Source: Thermoproteota archaeon
GTDB taxonomy: Archaea; Korarchaeota; Korarchaeia; B14-G2
Reading direction: 5' to 3'
DNA: 64,000 nucleotides
NCBI GenBank assembly: GCA_037917675.1
Contig: JAVCBW010000049.1
Location: 1 to 64,000, forward strand
Shown here: positions 30,484 through 40,577 of the stretch, one piece after another
Layout of the letters: each line of letters opens with the position of its first letter
Position numbering within the stretch: position 1 is the stretch's first letter
Notes under the pieces: generated by a model
Told to the model about the DNA's origin: nothing
Seen by the model: only the letters and a program-made list of their open reading frames with translations
The model's database searches: none
Translations under genes and position numbers: made by a program

Positions 30484-31767
30484 CTACTTAAGTCTTAACA
30501 CACTCCCCTTGAGGTAAGTTGGAGTACACTCATTCACTCTTATCTCGCACCATCTCCCTAGGACAGAGGAGGAGGCTTTTATGACAACAGGTTTATATGA
30601 CCGAGTTCTAGCTATGAAGCCTCCTCGCGGTCCCCTCTCAACCACAAGACCTTCAACAACCTCACCAACATACTGAGTATTTTGCTCCATGGCAACCTTC
30701 CTGAAGACAGAAAGAAGACGCTTCACTCTTCTCTTGACAATGTGAGGATCTAGTTGCCTTAGAGTAGATGCAGGGGTCAGTGGACGATGCCCATATCTCG
30801 AGATGTTGAGGACATCAGGCTTAGCCTCCTCTATCACAGCCAATGTGTCATTAAAGTCGCTTTCTGACTCGGTTGGATAGCCTACTATGATATCTGTCGC
30901 TATGGTGCAGTGTAGCCTCTCACGAAAAAGCTTAGCCAGCTGCAGGAAGTCAGCTACTGAGTAAGTGCGGTTCATGTCAGCAAGCACCTTATCTGAGCCA
31001 GACTGTAGAGGAAGATGTATGAACCTGTACACTTTATCCTCTAGGAAGCTTTCAGTAAGCTTATCTAGTATTAGAGTGGCAGAAGAGGGGTTCATCATAC
31101 CAACTCTAATCATGAAATCCCCTGGTATGCTAGCAACACTCTTAATCAAGTCTGGTAGCTGGTATTGCTTATAGATGTATGATGCTGTATCTTGGGAAGT
31201 AAGCCAAACCTCTTTAACGCCGTCAGCTACACCTCTATGGACTTGCTCTACAATAGATGGAAGTGGTCTAGATAGCAGAGCTCCCCTAGCAAACCTCACA
31301 CAACAGAAGGAGCATGCAAACTTGCAGCCAGTAGATATGGCAACGATCTCAACAAGAGGATTTACTCTAAAAGATTTATGAGCATAGATGGGAGAAAACT
31401 CTCTTATTACAGATAAGCCCCCCTTTACTGCGAGCTCACATGCATAAGGGAATCTTCCAATGGAGTGAGGAGTTATGATGGAGCAGCTTGTGCCCCTAAC
31501 AGCCCTCATAACCAGTTCAGGTGAGATAAGATATATGCAACCAGAGACTACGATAGGCTTCCCAATATTAGCTAATGTTTTTATCCTGCTAATCATCCTA
31601 GCTTCAGTCGGTGTCTTCACAGCACATGTATGAACAACAAGTACATCAGCTTCATATGGGCTATCTACTATCTCAATTCTCTTGAACCACTCTTTAGCTA
31701 GAGACAGCATCAGCTCTAGATCCGATTTGTTGGCTGGACAACCATAATATTCTATGTACATCCTCAA
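30484..31767 (-). CDS. mtaB: tRNA t6A37 methylthiotransferase (MtaB/CDKAL1-type radical SAM)
   Basis: YGCPAN, TCAVK, GCKFACSFC, IRVGMMNP, HLPLQSGS, DIIVGYPTE, C-terminal TRAM domain. Confidence 0.9.
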   Translation of the reverse strand: MRMYIEYYGCPANKSDLELMLSLAKEWFKRIEIVDSPYEADVLVVHTCAVKTPTEARMISRIKTLANIGKPIVVSGCIYLISPELVMRAVRGTSCSIITPHSIGRFPYACELAVKGGLSVIREFSPIYAHKSFRVNPLVEIVAISTGCKFACSFCCVRFARGALLSRPLPSIVEQVHRGVADGVKEVWLTSQDTASYIYKQYQLPDLIKSVASIPGDFMIRVGMMNPSSATLILDKLTESFLEDKVYRFIHLPLQSGSDKVLADMNRTYSVADFLQLAKLFRERLHCTIATDIIVGYPTESESDFNDTLAVIEEAKPDVLNISRYGHRPLTPASTLRQLDPHIVKRRVKRLLSVFRKVAMEQNTQYVGEVVEGLVVERGPRGGFIARTRSYKPVVIKASSSVLGRWCEIRVNECTPTYLKGSVLRLK

Positions 31768-31778
31768 TATGCTTCACC

Positions 31779-31836
31779 AGATAGGTCTACATCTGATATA
31801 TCATCCTGCTAACCTACACCACTAGATAGGTCTACA
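31779..31836. repeat. 13-bp direct repeat AGATAGGTCTACA (31779-31791, 31824-31836) in the divergent mtaB-ftsZ intergenic region
   Basis: Two exact copies 45 bp apart. Confidence 0.6.
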
Positions 31837-32115
31837 CTATGATCAAATTTGAACCTTAATCTGAGATGAGTAATTACACATGACGGAAAAAGTGGAGAAG
31901 AAGGCTCGTAGACATAGTTTTGTACCGCATAATATTGATATTATATCATTAGGAGGGCATAATGAATGTGATAGTAGATGGTAGGGTGCATAGCTGTGAG
32001 TAACTTTTAGAAATATTAATCAGTAATCTGATATAGTTGAGGGTATAAATTAAAGGTTTAGATGAAAAATGGAAAGAAGGAAGGTTTAAAGTAGGATAAT
32101 GTTGGATCCTCAAGA

Positions 32116-33318
32116 ATGGTGCATGAGATGATTGGAGTTAAGCTTGATTCACTAGACATGTTAGACATACCCCAGAACATAAGGTACCTGTATGCTGTCA
32201 CAAGGAAGCTTCTGCAGAGAGGAGAGGAGGAAGGAAGGATAATAGCGCTGCCAGAACACACTCTGAAAACGAGGCATATAGTTAAAGTGATTGGGATAGG
32301 AGGAGGGGGCTGCAATACTGTAACCAGGCTAGTTAGTCTGGGTGTTAATAACGCTGAGCTAATAGCCTTGAACACGGATATAGCTCACATGAAGAGGGTA
32401 ACAGCCCATAAAAAGGTTTTGATAGGTCAAGATCTCACCAAGGGGAGAGGATGTGGCGGAAACCCAGAATGTGGCTTTAGGAGCGCTGAGGAAAGTGCAG
32501 CTGAGATAGAGGAGGTCATAGGTGAAGCTGAAGTGGTTTTTGTTGCATTAGCGCTTGGAGGAGGAACTGGAACTGGAGCTGCGCCAGTAGTATGTAAGAT
32601 AGCTGAGGAAAAAGGTGCTCTCGTATTCGTGGTAGCTACACTTCCATCTCCAAAACATGAGAGGGTTAGGTATGATAAGAGCCTTCAGTGGATTCCCAAG
32701 ATAAGGGAGCATGCTCACACAGTAGCCTTAGTATCTAACTCTCAGATATTCGAGTTATTTAAGCAGCTCCCGATAAATGAGGCCCTTAAGCTAGCTGACA
32801 CTGGGCTTGCCTTAATGGTCAGGGGGCTAACTGACATAATTAATGAGGAAAGACCTGGAATAATAAATATAGATCTAGCAGATCTCAGAGCTATAGCAAC
32901 AAAGGACATGGACTCTGTGATACTGATTGGATATGGAGAAGGAGATAGTAGGGTAGAAGAAGCACTCTATACAGCACTAAACTTTCCACTGTTCCCCGAG
33001 ATAGACTTGACAACCGCCAGAGCAGCTATAGTATACATAAGAGGGCCAGAAGACCTACTTGCTAGCGAGGTCAACCATATCCTAGAGACTTTCCGGGAGA
33101 AAATACCTGATGACGCTGAAGTCATTTGGGGCTATGAGACAGATGCCACAATGGAGGGAGTTGAACTGATCTTGGTAGTCTCTGGGGTAGCGAACATAGA
33201 AGCTCCTTCAATTATCCCAGCAGTCCAGTGGCAGCCTCCTAAGGCTCTTAATAGACGCCGTATGGGAGAGAGAAAGAGAATACTTGAGGGAGTACTCGAC
33301 GAGCGTGACTGGATATAG
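32116..33318 (+). CDS. ftsZ: Cell division protein FtsZ (start uncertain)
   Basis: KVIGIGGGGCN, ALNTD, GCGGNP, LGGGTGTGAAPV, T7 loop INIDLAD. Confidence 0.93.
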   Translation: MVHEMIGVKLDSLDMLDIPQNIRYLYAVTRKLLQRGEEEGRIIALPEHTLKTRHIVKVIGIGGGGCNTVTRLVSLGVNNAELIALNTDIAHMKRVTAHKKVLIGQDLTKGRGCGGNPECGFRSAEESAAEIEEVIGEAEVVFVALALGGGTGTGAAPVVCKIAEEKGALVFVVATLPSPKHERVRYDKSLQWIPKIREHAHTVALVSNSQIFELFKQLPINEALKLADTGLALMVRGLTDIINEERPGIINIDLADLRAIATKDMDSVILIGYGEGDSRVEEALYTALNFPLFPEIDLTTARAAIVYIRGPEDLLASEVNHILETFREKIPDDAEVIWGYETDATMEGVELILVVSGVANIEAPSIIPAVQWQPPKALNRRRMGERKRILEGVLDERDWI

Positions 33319-33364
33319 GGGCTACTTATAAACTTCATCCACCCCATTATTTCTGTGGTTTTAG

Positions 33365-34000
33365 ATGGGAGAAGCTTATACTCCAGTATCCATAGCCCAG
33401 CTGATCTCGGAAGTCAACAGAGATAGAGGAAGTAAGGCTCTACTTTGTAGAATAGCTGGAGTTGTGACAAGCATAGAGGACAAAGATGGAGCTGTTGAGT
33501 TCATCCTGGACGATGGAAGCGGATATAGACTGCCCGTGGTGGCTAGGAAAAGTAGCATACCCCACCCAGAGGTAGAAAAGGGCTGTTTCATAGAGGTCTT
33601 TGGGAAAGCCTGGTATAGGAGAGGAGAGCCTGTGGTATTCAGTGAGCTTGTAGTAAAGATAGATGTCATGAGATTCCTGCTCAGGAAGCTTGAATCCATC
33701 AGAAGGTGGGGAGCTAGCTCGAAAGCTAAGATAGAAGAGGTCAGGGAGCCTCTTAAGGAAGGTGGGGGGGTATCCGCTAAAGCTGAACCTGCTGCAGAGC
33801 GGAATGTAGCGTCTCTGATCATCCAAGCTATTGGAGATGGTGAGCACACACTGGAGGAGATCGAAGGAAAGTTAAAAAAGTACGGTGTTAAGAGAGAAGA
33901 TATAGTCAAGGCCATAATACAGCTTGAGGAGGAAGGCTTAATTTACGCCGTAAGAAGAGGCATGGGCCCTCAGAGATATAAGGTATTAAGAAGGGGGTAG
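33365..34000 (+). CDS. RPA32-like single-stranded DNA-binding protein (OB fold plus winged helix)
   Basis: RIAGVV...FILDDGSG...FIEVFGK OB fold; C-terminal AIIQLEEEGLIY wHTH. Confidence 0.8.
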   Translation: MGEAYTPVSIAQLISEVNRDRGSKALLCRIAGVVTSIEDKDGAVEFILDDGSGYRLPVVARKSSIPHPEVEKGCFIEVFGKAWYRRGEPVVFSELVVKIDVMRFLLRKLESIRRWGASSKAKIEEVREPLKEGGGVSAKAEPAAERNVASLIIQAIGDGEHTLEEIEGKLKKYGVKREDIVKAIIQLEEEGLIYAVRRGMGPQRYKVLRRG

Positions 34001-34001
34001 G

Positions 34002-34421
34002 TTGTCTACAACTGAGGAAGAATACCTAGCTATGCTGAAGAGAGTCAGAGAAAAGCTACCTAAGGTTCTCGAGTCATCAGAGAGGTTTGTTATACCAGAG
34101 CCTGAGATAGCCCATGAAGGAGGATACACGCATATCCTGAACTTTAAGGAGATAGTTGACTCCATAGATAGAGACCCAGATCACATAATCCTCTTCCTGT
34201 CACACGAGCTTGGAGTCCCCATAGTTAAGGCTACTAGGAGGCTCATTTTACAGGCTAGAGTGAAGAGGAGGCTCGTCGAAGACAAGATCCAGAAGTACAT
34301 CAAGAACTATGTTATATGCCCTGAGTGCGGTAAGCCTGATACAAAGCTAATAAAGCAAAAAAGGTATGTTTACCTGAAGTGTGAGGTTTGTGGAGCTGAA
34401 ACACCTGTCAGAAAGGTGTAG
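34002..34421 (+). CDS. eif2b: Translation initiation factor aIF2 beta
   Basis: ERFVIP, ILNFKEI..IDRDP, YVICPECGKPDT, CEVCGA. Confidence 0.96.
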   Translation: MSTTEEEYLAMLKRVREKLPKVLESSERFVIPEPEIAHEGGYTHILNFKEIVDSIDRDPDHIILFLSHELGVPIVKATRRLILQARVKRRLVEDKIQKYIKNYVICPECGKPDTKLIKQKRYVYLKCEVCGAETPVRKV

Positions 34422-34424
34422 AGG

Positions 34425-34772
34425 GTGGTACCCACCATAGACAGCAAGGGGAAAAAAGAGGAAGCTGAAACTGCTACTGATAAAGAGATGGAGGAAGTGC
34501 TCCCAAGCCCAGGGGAATGTGTAGGAGTCGTGTTAGAGCCACTTGGAGCAGGCAGGATGAAAGTGCAGTGTGCTGATGGAGTTATCAGAGTATGTAGGAT
34601 AAGAGGAAAGCTCAGAGGCAAGAGAAGCTGGCTTAAGCCAGGAGACGTAGTTCTGGTTTCAGTATGGGAGTTTCAGCCGAGGAAGGGAGACATAGTCCTG
34701 AAATATGATCCAAAGCAGATTAGATGGCTGATAAAACACGGATACATAGATGAAACCTGGATAGTAGAGTAG
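34425..34772 (+). CDS. eif1a: Translation initiation factor aIF1A
   Basis: LGAGRMKVQCADGVIRVCRIRGK...GDVVLV..WEFQ..KGDI. Confidence 0.96.
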   Translation: MVPTIDSKGKKEEAETATDKEMEEVLPSPGECVGVVLEPLGAGRMKVQCADGVIRVCRIRGKLRGKRSWLKPGDVVLVSVWEFQPRKGDIVLKYDPKQIRWLIKHGYIDETWIVE

Positions 34773-34789
34773 TAACAGAGGGGATCAAG

Positions 34790-35524
34790 ATATCTAGAGA
34801 AGCAGTAGCCAGAAAGATCTTTGAGGAGGGGAGAGTATATCAGGCAGTACTGGATGGAAGAACAATAAGAAACCTGATAGCACTTGCTAATAGAGGAGTA
34901 ATAAAGAAGATTGGGTGGATAATATCAGCAGGGAAAGAAGCTCACATATTTTCTGGGGAGGGAAAAGAAGGAGAGATAGCAATAAAGATACATAGAGTAC
35001 AGACGATGAGATTCCTTAAGCATAGAGCATATATAGTGGGAGACTACAGGTTTGATACAGCACCACTGTCAGGAAGAAGAATGTACACTGTCTGGGCTAG
35101 AAAAGAGTATAGAAACCTACTTAAGGCGCATAGAGTAGGAGTTAGAGCTCCTAAGCCAGTAGCGATAAAGGAGAACATTGTAGTCATGGAGTTTGTAGGT
35201 GAAAGAGGCCTTCCAGCACCGCTCCTGAAGGATGCAGGCATAAAAAATCCAAGGGAAACGCTATCTAGCATACTTAGAGACGTGGAAGTACTCTACAGGA
35301 GGGGCAGGCTTGTACATAGCGACCTAAGCGAATACAATGTGATGTACTGGAGAGACAGACACTACATCATAGACTGGTCTCATGCAGTCACAATAGACCA
35401 TCCTAGAGCAATAGAGTACCTCTGCCATGACATAGAGACAGTGATATCCTTCTTTAAGAGAGAACATGGAGTTGATGCTCCAGACACAAGAAAGGTTGTC
35501 AGAAAGATCATCAGAGGTGGATGA
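34790..35524 (+). CDS. rio1: RIO1 kinase; conserved N-terminus lies upstream of the first ATG (35006), probable non-canonical start
   Basis: Frame open from 34754 encoding VLDGRT..NL..L, ISAGKEAHIF, AIKIH; then KEYRNL, LVHSDLSEYN, IIDWSHAV. Confidence 0.85.
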   Translation: MSREAVARKIFEEGRVYQAVLDGRTIRNLIALANRGVIKKIGWIISAGKEAHIFSGEGKEGEIAIKIHRVQTMRFLKHRAYIVGDYRFDTAPLSGRRMYTVWARKEYRNLLKAHRVGVRAPKPVAIKENIVVMEFVGERGLPAPLLKDAGIKNPRETLSSILRDVEVLYRRGRLVHSDLSEYNVMYWRDRHYIIDWSHAVTIDHPRAIEYLCHDIETVISFFKREHGVDAPDTRKVVRKIIRGG

Positions 35525-36093
35525 CATTGGTAGAAGAGGAAGTAAGGATACCAGTTGACCGCATTGGAGCTCTAGTAGGAGCTTCAGGGTGGGCTAAGAG
35601 GCTGATAGAGAAGGCTCTCGATGTTAAGCTGAAGATAGATAGCAATACAGGTGATGTTAAGATAGCCTGTGAAGATGAAAGTTCTGCTGCAGTCTCGCTA
35701 TGGAGAGCCAAGAGAGTTATAGAAGCCATAGGGGTGGGGTTTAACCCAAAAAAAGCCCTTCTCTTGGCGGGAGAAGACTATATGATGAGCATAATCAACT
35801 TAAGCGAGCATGCTTCAACTAAAAGCTCCTTAACAAGAATAAAGGGGAGGATCATAGGCAGAAAAGGCAGGGCACGAGAGAACATAGAGAAGTATACGGG
35901 CACATATATATCAGTCTACAGAGACAAGATAGCAATAATAGGAAGAGACGAGGACATCAAGTTAGCGGAGAAAGCCATAAAAATGCTGATAGAGGGAGCA
36001 GAACACTCGACAGTCTATAGGATGCTAGAAAGAGAGAACTGGAGAAGAAAGCGCGATGAACTCCTCAGAAAAGGTGGAATACCTCTCTGGTAG
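35521..36093 (+). CDS. KH-domain ribosome biogenesis protein (Dim2/Pno1)
   Basis: IPVDRIGALVG, AIGVGF, RIKGRIIGRKG, GAEHSTVY. Confidence 0.93.
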   Translation: MTLVEEEVRIPVDRIGALVGASGWAKRLIEKALDVKLKIDSNTGDVKIACEDESSAAVSLWRAKRVIEAIGVGFNPKKALLLAGEDYMMSIINLSEHASTKSSLTRIKGRIIGRKGRARENIEKYTGTYISVYRDKIAIIGRDEDIKLAEKAIKMLIEGAEHSTVYRMLERENWRRKRDELLRKGGIPLW

Positions 36094-36101
36094 GTGACAA
36101 A

Positions 36102-37658
36102 GTGCCCAAAAGAGAAGAGTATGTTGAAATAAGCCCATCAGACTTCTTTTACAGAAACAAGGATATAGCAGGTTTTGACAACCCTGTGAGAGCAACCTAT
36201 ATGATAGTACGAGAACTCGTTGAAAATGCTCTAGACGCATGCGACAGAGCAGGAAAAGCAGGCAACATATATGTAGCATTCAGAGAGAAAGAAAACGGTG
36301 TCCTCCAAGTTAAAGTACTAGATGACGGCATAGGAGTCCCAGAGGAAGAGATACCAAATGCCTTTGGGAAAGTACTTTACAGCTCAAAGTACGTTCTAAG
36401 GCAGAGCAGAGGAACATTTGGGCTCGGAGGAACCATGGCCCTGCTCTATGGGCAGATAACAACACATGAACCATTTGAAGTATGCTCCTCAGTAGGAGAC
36501 GGATACGCTGCCAGATACAGGCTGAGAATAGATATCCAGAATAACAAGCCAATAGTAGAAAGAAAGCAGAAGATAAAAGTTCCATCAGGAACCACATTCA
36601 CCCTAGTAAAGCTCACATTCGAGGGGAACTATGAGAGAGCTAAGGGGAAAATCCTAGAATACCTGAAGCAGACGGCAATAATAACCCCCTACATCAATAT
36701 AATGTTCAGAGACCCAAAGGGAACGATATACATCTTCCCGAGAGCTACAACCAGGCTTCCAGAGGAGCCTAGAGAAAGCAAGTACCATCCATATGGCGTC
36801 GACGTTGAACTCCTAAAGAGGCTGATAAACGAGACAAAAGCTAGGAGCTTGATATCCTTCCTCTCAAAAAGCTTCCAGAGCATGGGAAGACAGACAGCAA
36901 TTAAGATCTTGAGAAAAGCGAGGCTAGACGCAGAGAAGAAGCCGAGAGAGCTGACAAACAGAGAGATCGTCAGACTGGTTAGAGCATTGAGAAGCTATGA
37001 TAAATTTAGGGCACCAGATGCATCATGCTTGTCTCCAGTAGGAGAGGAGATTCTAGAGAAGGGTATAGTAAAGGAACTACAACCAGAGTTCGTTAAGGTA
37101 GTGCAGAGACCCCCATCAGCCTACGAGGGGCATCCGTTCATCGTTGAAGTTGGAATAGCATATGGAGGTGAAGTTCCAGCTACAGGAGATATCATACTCT
37201 ATAGGTTCGCAAATAGAATCCCACTTTTATATGATGCAGCAAGCGATGTAGCATATAAAGTCATCAGAAGAATAGACTGGAGCACATATCACGTGGATCC
37301 AGCTAAAAACCCAGTAGCAGTCTTTGTCCACATATGCTCCACCAAAATCCCATTCAAGACCGTAGGCAAGGAGTTCATAGCAGACAAGCCAGAGATAGCA
37401 AGAGAGATAGAGCTCGGAATAAGAGAGTGCGCGAGAGCATTGAGAAGCTACATACTGAAGAAGATTGCTAAGAAGAGAATGGAAGAGCGATATAAGGTGA
37501 TGAGAAGGTACTATGAGATAATCTCTGAGTCCCTCTCTGAGATCTTGGGGCGTAAAGTAGATCCAGCTCCAGTCTTGAAGATGATAGTTAAGCAAGCTAG
37601 TAAAGAGGGTGATGAAAATGGAGAAGCTGACAATAGAGAAAATCTACAGGATAGCTGA
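36102..37658 (+). CDS. top6B: DNA topoisomerase VI subunit B
   Basis: ISPSDFF, RELVENALDA, DDGIG, QSRGTFGLG, RFANRIPL, STKIPF. Confidence 0.97.
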   Translation: MPKREEYVEISPSDFFYRNKDIAGFDNPVRATYMIVRELVENALDACDRAGKAGNIYVAFREKENGVLQVKVLDDGIGVPEEEIPNAFGKVLYSSKYVLRQSRGTFGLGGTMALLYGQITTHEPFEVCSSVGDGYAARYRLRIDIQNNKPIVERKQKIKVPSGTTFTLVKLTFEGNYERAKGKILEYLKQTAIITPYINIMFRDPKGTIYIFPRATTRLPEEPRESKYHPYGVDVELLKRLINETKARSLISFLSKSFQSMGRQTAIKILRKARLDAEKKPRELTNREIVRLVRALRSYDKFRAPDASCLSPVGEEILEKGIVKELQPEFVKVVQRPPSAYEGHPFIVEVGIAYGGEVPATGDIILYRFANRIPLLYDAASDVAYKVIRRIDWSTYHVDPAKNPVAVFVHICSTKIPFKTVGKEFIADKPEIAREIELGIRECARALRSYILKKIAKKRMEERYKVMRRYYEIISESLSEILGRKVDPAPVLKMIVKQASKEGDENGEADNRENLQDS

Positions 37659-38727
37659 GAAGATAGGTGAGATGATAGAGAGAGGAAAGCCTCCCCTAAT
37701 AAAGTACCCTCCTGCATCCACAAGCAACATCGAGTTCAGCGAGCATGAAGGCTACAAGTTCACACCAAGACAGTGGTCTAAGATACTTGGAAGCCATATC
37801 AAAAGCGTAAGGACACTTGCAGGAGTAGTGTTCGCACTAGAAAGGTGCCTAGACCATATGAGAAGCGGGCTTACAATGACAAAAAGAGACTTCTACTATC
37901 TCCATAAGGTCGAGAAGTTCAGAGGAACCCTCTTCCCATCAGACCAAAGAGAAACAGACTCCAGAATAGTCCTACTAGAGCTCATAACAGGGCTCTCCAG
38001 AGAAATGCTGTCAATAACATCAGATCCAAGAGGAGAAGTCTATGGCGATATAACACTAGTTGACAAAAGCGGAAACACCATAAAACTCAATAAAGTAGGT
38101 GAGATGGGCTATGCCATACCACCAAACCCAGAGCACATAAAGTTCAAGGAGATAAACGTCAAAGCACTGCTAGCAGTAGAGAAAGTAGGGCCAGCAAAGA
38201 ACATGATAGAGCTAGGGATCCCAGATGAATATAACATAGCAGTAGCAATGCTACATGGGCAACCTTCAAGAAGCATGAGAAGATTCCTGAGAATGCTCAG
38301 CGACAAAGGCATCCCCATAGCAGTCCTAGTAGACCTATCACCATGGAGCATCAGAATAGCATCCACAGTCATATACAATAGCATCCACTCAGCCCACATA
38401 CCAGGGCTAGCAACCCCAACAGCTAAGTTCATAGGAATACATTCATCAGACGTCGAAGAAGGAGGATTCTTCGAAAAAGTAAGTAGAGTAGCCCTAGAGC
38501 CACTCACAGAAGAAGACCTAAAGTGCGCAAAAGACAACCTCTCAATACCAAGCCTAATGGGTGAAACATGGGTAAGAGAAAACAAATGGTTCCTAGAGAA
38601 GAAGAAGAAAGCAGAACTCGAAATCTTCAAAGCAATGATAAGAAAATCCACAGAACTAAAAGACCTATACATCAGATACCTCAACATGAAACTCGAAGAA
38701 CATTTAAATCTAAGCTTGAAAGAGTAA
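37609..38727 (+). CDS. top6A: DNA topoisomerase VI subunit A
   Basis: TKRDFYY catalytic Tyr, VEK, GQPSRSMR, KKAELE; follows top6B; toprim motif reads DLSPW. Confidence 0.9.
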   Translation: MMKMEKLTIEKIYRIAEKIGEMIERGKPPLIKYPPASTSNIEFSEHEGYKFTPRQWSKILGSHIKSVRTLAGVVFALERCLDHMRSGLTMTKRDFYYLHKVEKFRGTLFPSDQRETDSRIVLLELITGLSREMLSITSDPRGEVYGDITLVDKSGNTIKLNKVGEMGYAIPPNPEHIKFKEINVKALLAVEKVGPAKNMIELGIPDEYNIAVAMLHGQPSRSMRRFLRMLSDKGIPIAVLVDLSPWSIRIASTVIYNSIHSAHIPGLATPTAKFIGIHSSDVEEGGFFEKVSRVALEPLTEEDLKCAKDNLSIPSLMGETWVRENKWFLEKKKKAELEIFKAMIRKSTELKDLYIRYLNMKLEEHLNLSLKE

Positions 38728-38735
38728 GCATAGGT

Positions 38736-38813
38736 GCTCCGGTAGTGTAGCCAGGCCAAGCACGGCGGCCTTTCGAGCCGCTAACGCGGGTTCAAATCCC
38801 GCCCGGAGCACCA
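38736..38813 (+). tRNA. tRNA-Glu(UUC), no intron
   Basis: GCTCCGG...GCGGC-CTTTCGA-GCCGC...CCGGAGCACCA. Confidence 0.96.
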
Positions 38814-38992
38814 TCCTCACATTTAATAATAACACCAGCCGTATAGCATACTGCGTGGCAAGAACCTATACGGTAAGGTTACCTAAGCCAGCAACAATAT
38901 AACCCATAGCCACTGCATAAACAATCTTTAAGGCCTCTGATTAAAGACATAAAAAGGAGAAAGAGAAACCTTAGACTTCTTTGAATTTAATT

Positions 38993-39433
38993 TTACTTTA
39001 AAATTTTGCGAAACTGAAAAGCTGCACATTCATATCCCATTTTACGCCAAAACCTATGTGCTTCTTTTCTATATAAATCCGAATATAGCTCTATAGCTTT
39101 ACATCCCATTTCTTTTGCGATATTCTCAATATAACCCACTAATCTACCCCCAATCCCCTTTCTTCGGAATTTTTTAGTAACTATGAGATCTTCAATTATC
39201 ACAGTAAGCCCTTGATGGAACAACGTATAGCGGAATGTTAAGTCTAGAAAAGCTACTACCTGCCCATTCAACTCAACCAAAAATGTTTTTGCATTAGGAG
39301 ATTTAATGAGCTTTATCAGAACACTTCTTATATCAGATTCTTTCAAAGATTTATCTGGCCAAAGTTCAGCAAGCAAAAGCAATATGTCATCGACATCATC
39401 TATTTCAGCTTCCCTAATGAGCAATAGCCTCAC
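38993..39433 (-). CDS. GNAT family acetyltransferase in an AT-rich patch
   Basis: IEDLIVTKKFRRKGIG, EAHRFWRKMGY. Confidence 0.9.
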   Translation of the reverse strand: MRLLLIREAEIDDVDDILLLLAELWPDKSLKESDIRSVLIKLIKSPNAKTFLVELNGQVVAFLDLTFRYTLFHQGLTVIIEDLIVTKKFRRKGIGGRLVGYIENIAKEMGCKAIELYSDLYRKEAHRFWRKMGYECAAFQFRKILK

Positions 39434-39496
39434 TAAGCATACCTTAAAATACCAGAAAATTTAAGGTATATTCAAACCCATCTAGAATACCCAGAT

Positions 39497-39584
39497 GCGG
39501 GGGTCGCCAAGCCTGGCCAACGGCGGCAGGTTCAGGACCTGCTCCCTTAGGGGTTCGTGGGTTCAAATCCCACCCCCCGCACCA
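39497..39584 (+). tRNA. tRNA-Leu(CAG), no intron
   Basis: GCGGGGG...GCAGG-TTCAGGA-CCTGC, long variable arm, CCCCCGCACCA. Confidence 0.96.
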
Positions 39585-39814
39585 TATCCAGAGCCTAAAA
39601 TAAGCAGTTTCTGAGCTCTTTTGGCAGGGAATTGCTGATCTTTTTGCTCAATTTTGCATAGCTAACCTATTTCACTCTGGGGTTTGAACCCTCGAACTTA
39701 TATAAGGGGGATTGCACTCCTCTCCAAGGGAAGAGGAGGAGTAACTAGGAACTTAAGGAAATATTATCTTTACATGCTTAAGCAGAGGATGAGGATTCTG
39801 TTGTATTTCAAGGA

Positions 39815-40577
39815 ATGAAGTTTGTTAAGTTTAAGGAGAAAAAAGAAGAGAAAAAGCCTAGCAAAGCCAAGATAATCCTTGAGCTTTTGAGGAAGAATAA
39901 GGATAAGGCATTCTTCTCTAAGGAGATAGCTGAAGCTCTGAAAGATAAGGGGATTAAACCACCAGATGTGATGTCTAACGTTAGGAGGTTTGAGAGGAAA
40001 GGCTTGGTTTATGTTCGTGGCTATAGAGCAAGCTATGGAGAAACTCCTTTTAAAGAAGGTTACCTCGTAACTTGGATAGATCCTTCAAAACCAAGAGAGA
40101 AAGCAATTGGGAGGCTGTTCAAAGAACTGAGAGAGCATTAGCTGAAAAATCATCTTCAAACCCAATAATGCAGAGAATTCATGCAATAAGGGATCTAGTT
40201 TTAGAGACAACGAAGCTTAACGATTTGGTTAGCTTCGATTTCATTTTAAGCAAGCTTGGATGCTCAAAGTATGAGGCTGAAACAGCTTTAGAGAGAGCAA
40301 AGCAGCTTATCCAGAGATTAGAGAGGTTAAGCTATTTAGAAGATTTAGGTACTTCTATCATTCTTCCATGAGTGAGGATGATCTAAAGAAAGCAATTTCC
40401 AGGAAGGAGAATTACATTCGCTTAGTTAAAGGAAGGGGTAATAGAGTGGGTTCCCTCAATTATTCTAAAGAGGAAGATGCTAAGCCATATTGCAAAGTAG
40501 CCAAGCGACGCTTCATCAACCTTGAAAGAGGATTGTTCCTTGCAAAGCCAGCAAAGGAATTTGAGGTATTATGTTGA
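39815..40577 (+). pseudogene. Frameshifted, truncated winged-helix protein gene
   Basis: Three consecutive ORF fragments join after two apparent single-base deletions (near 40109 and 40308); N-terminal wHTH FSKEIAEAL...VRRFERKGLV. Confidence 0.7.

Noticed and set aside
39815-40577. Frameshifts in the wHTH gene as further mRNA introns
   Set aside because: They look like single-base deletions with no insert or hairpin; treated as a pseudogene.
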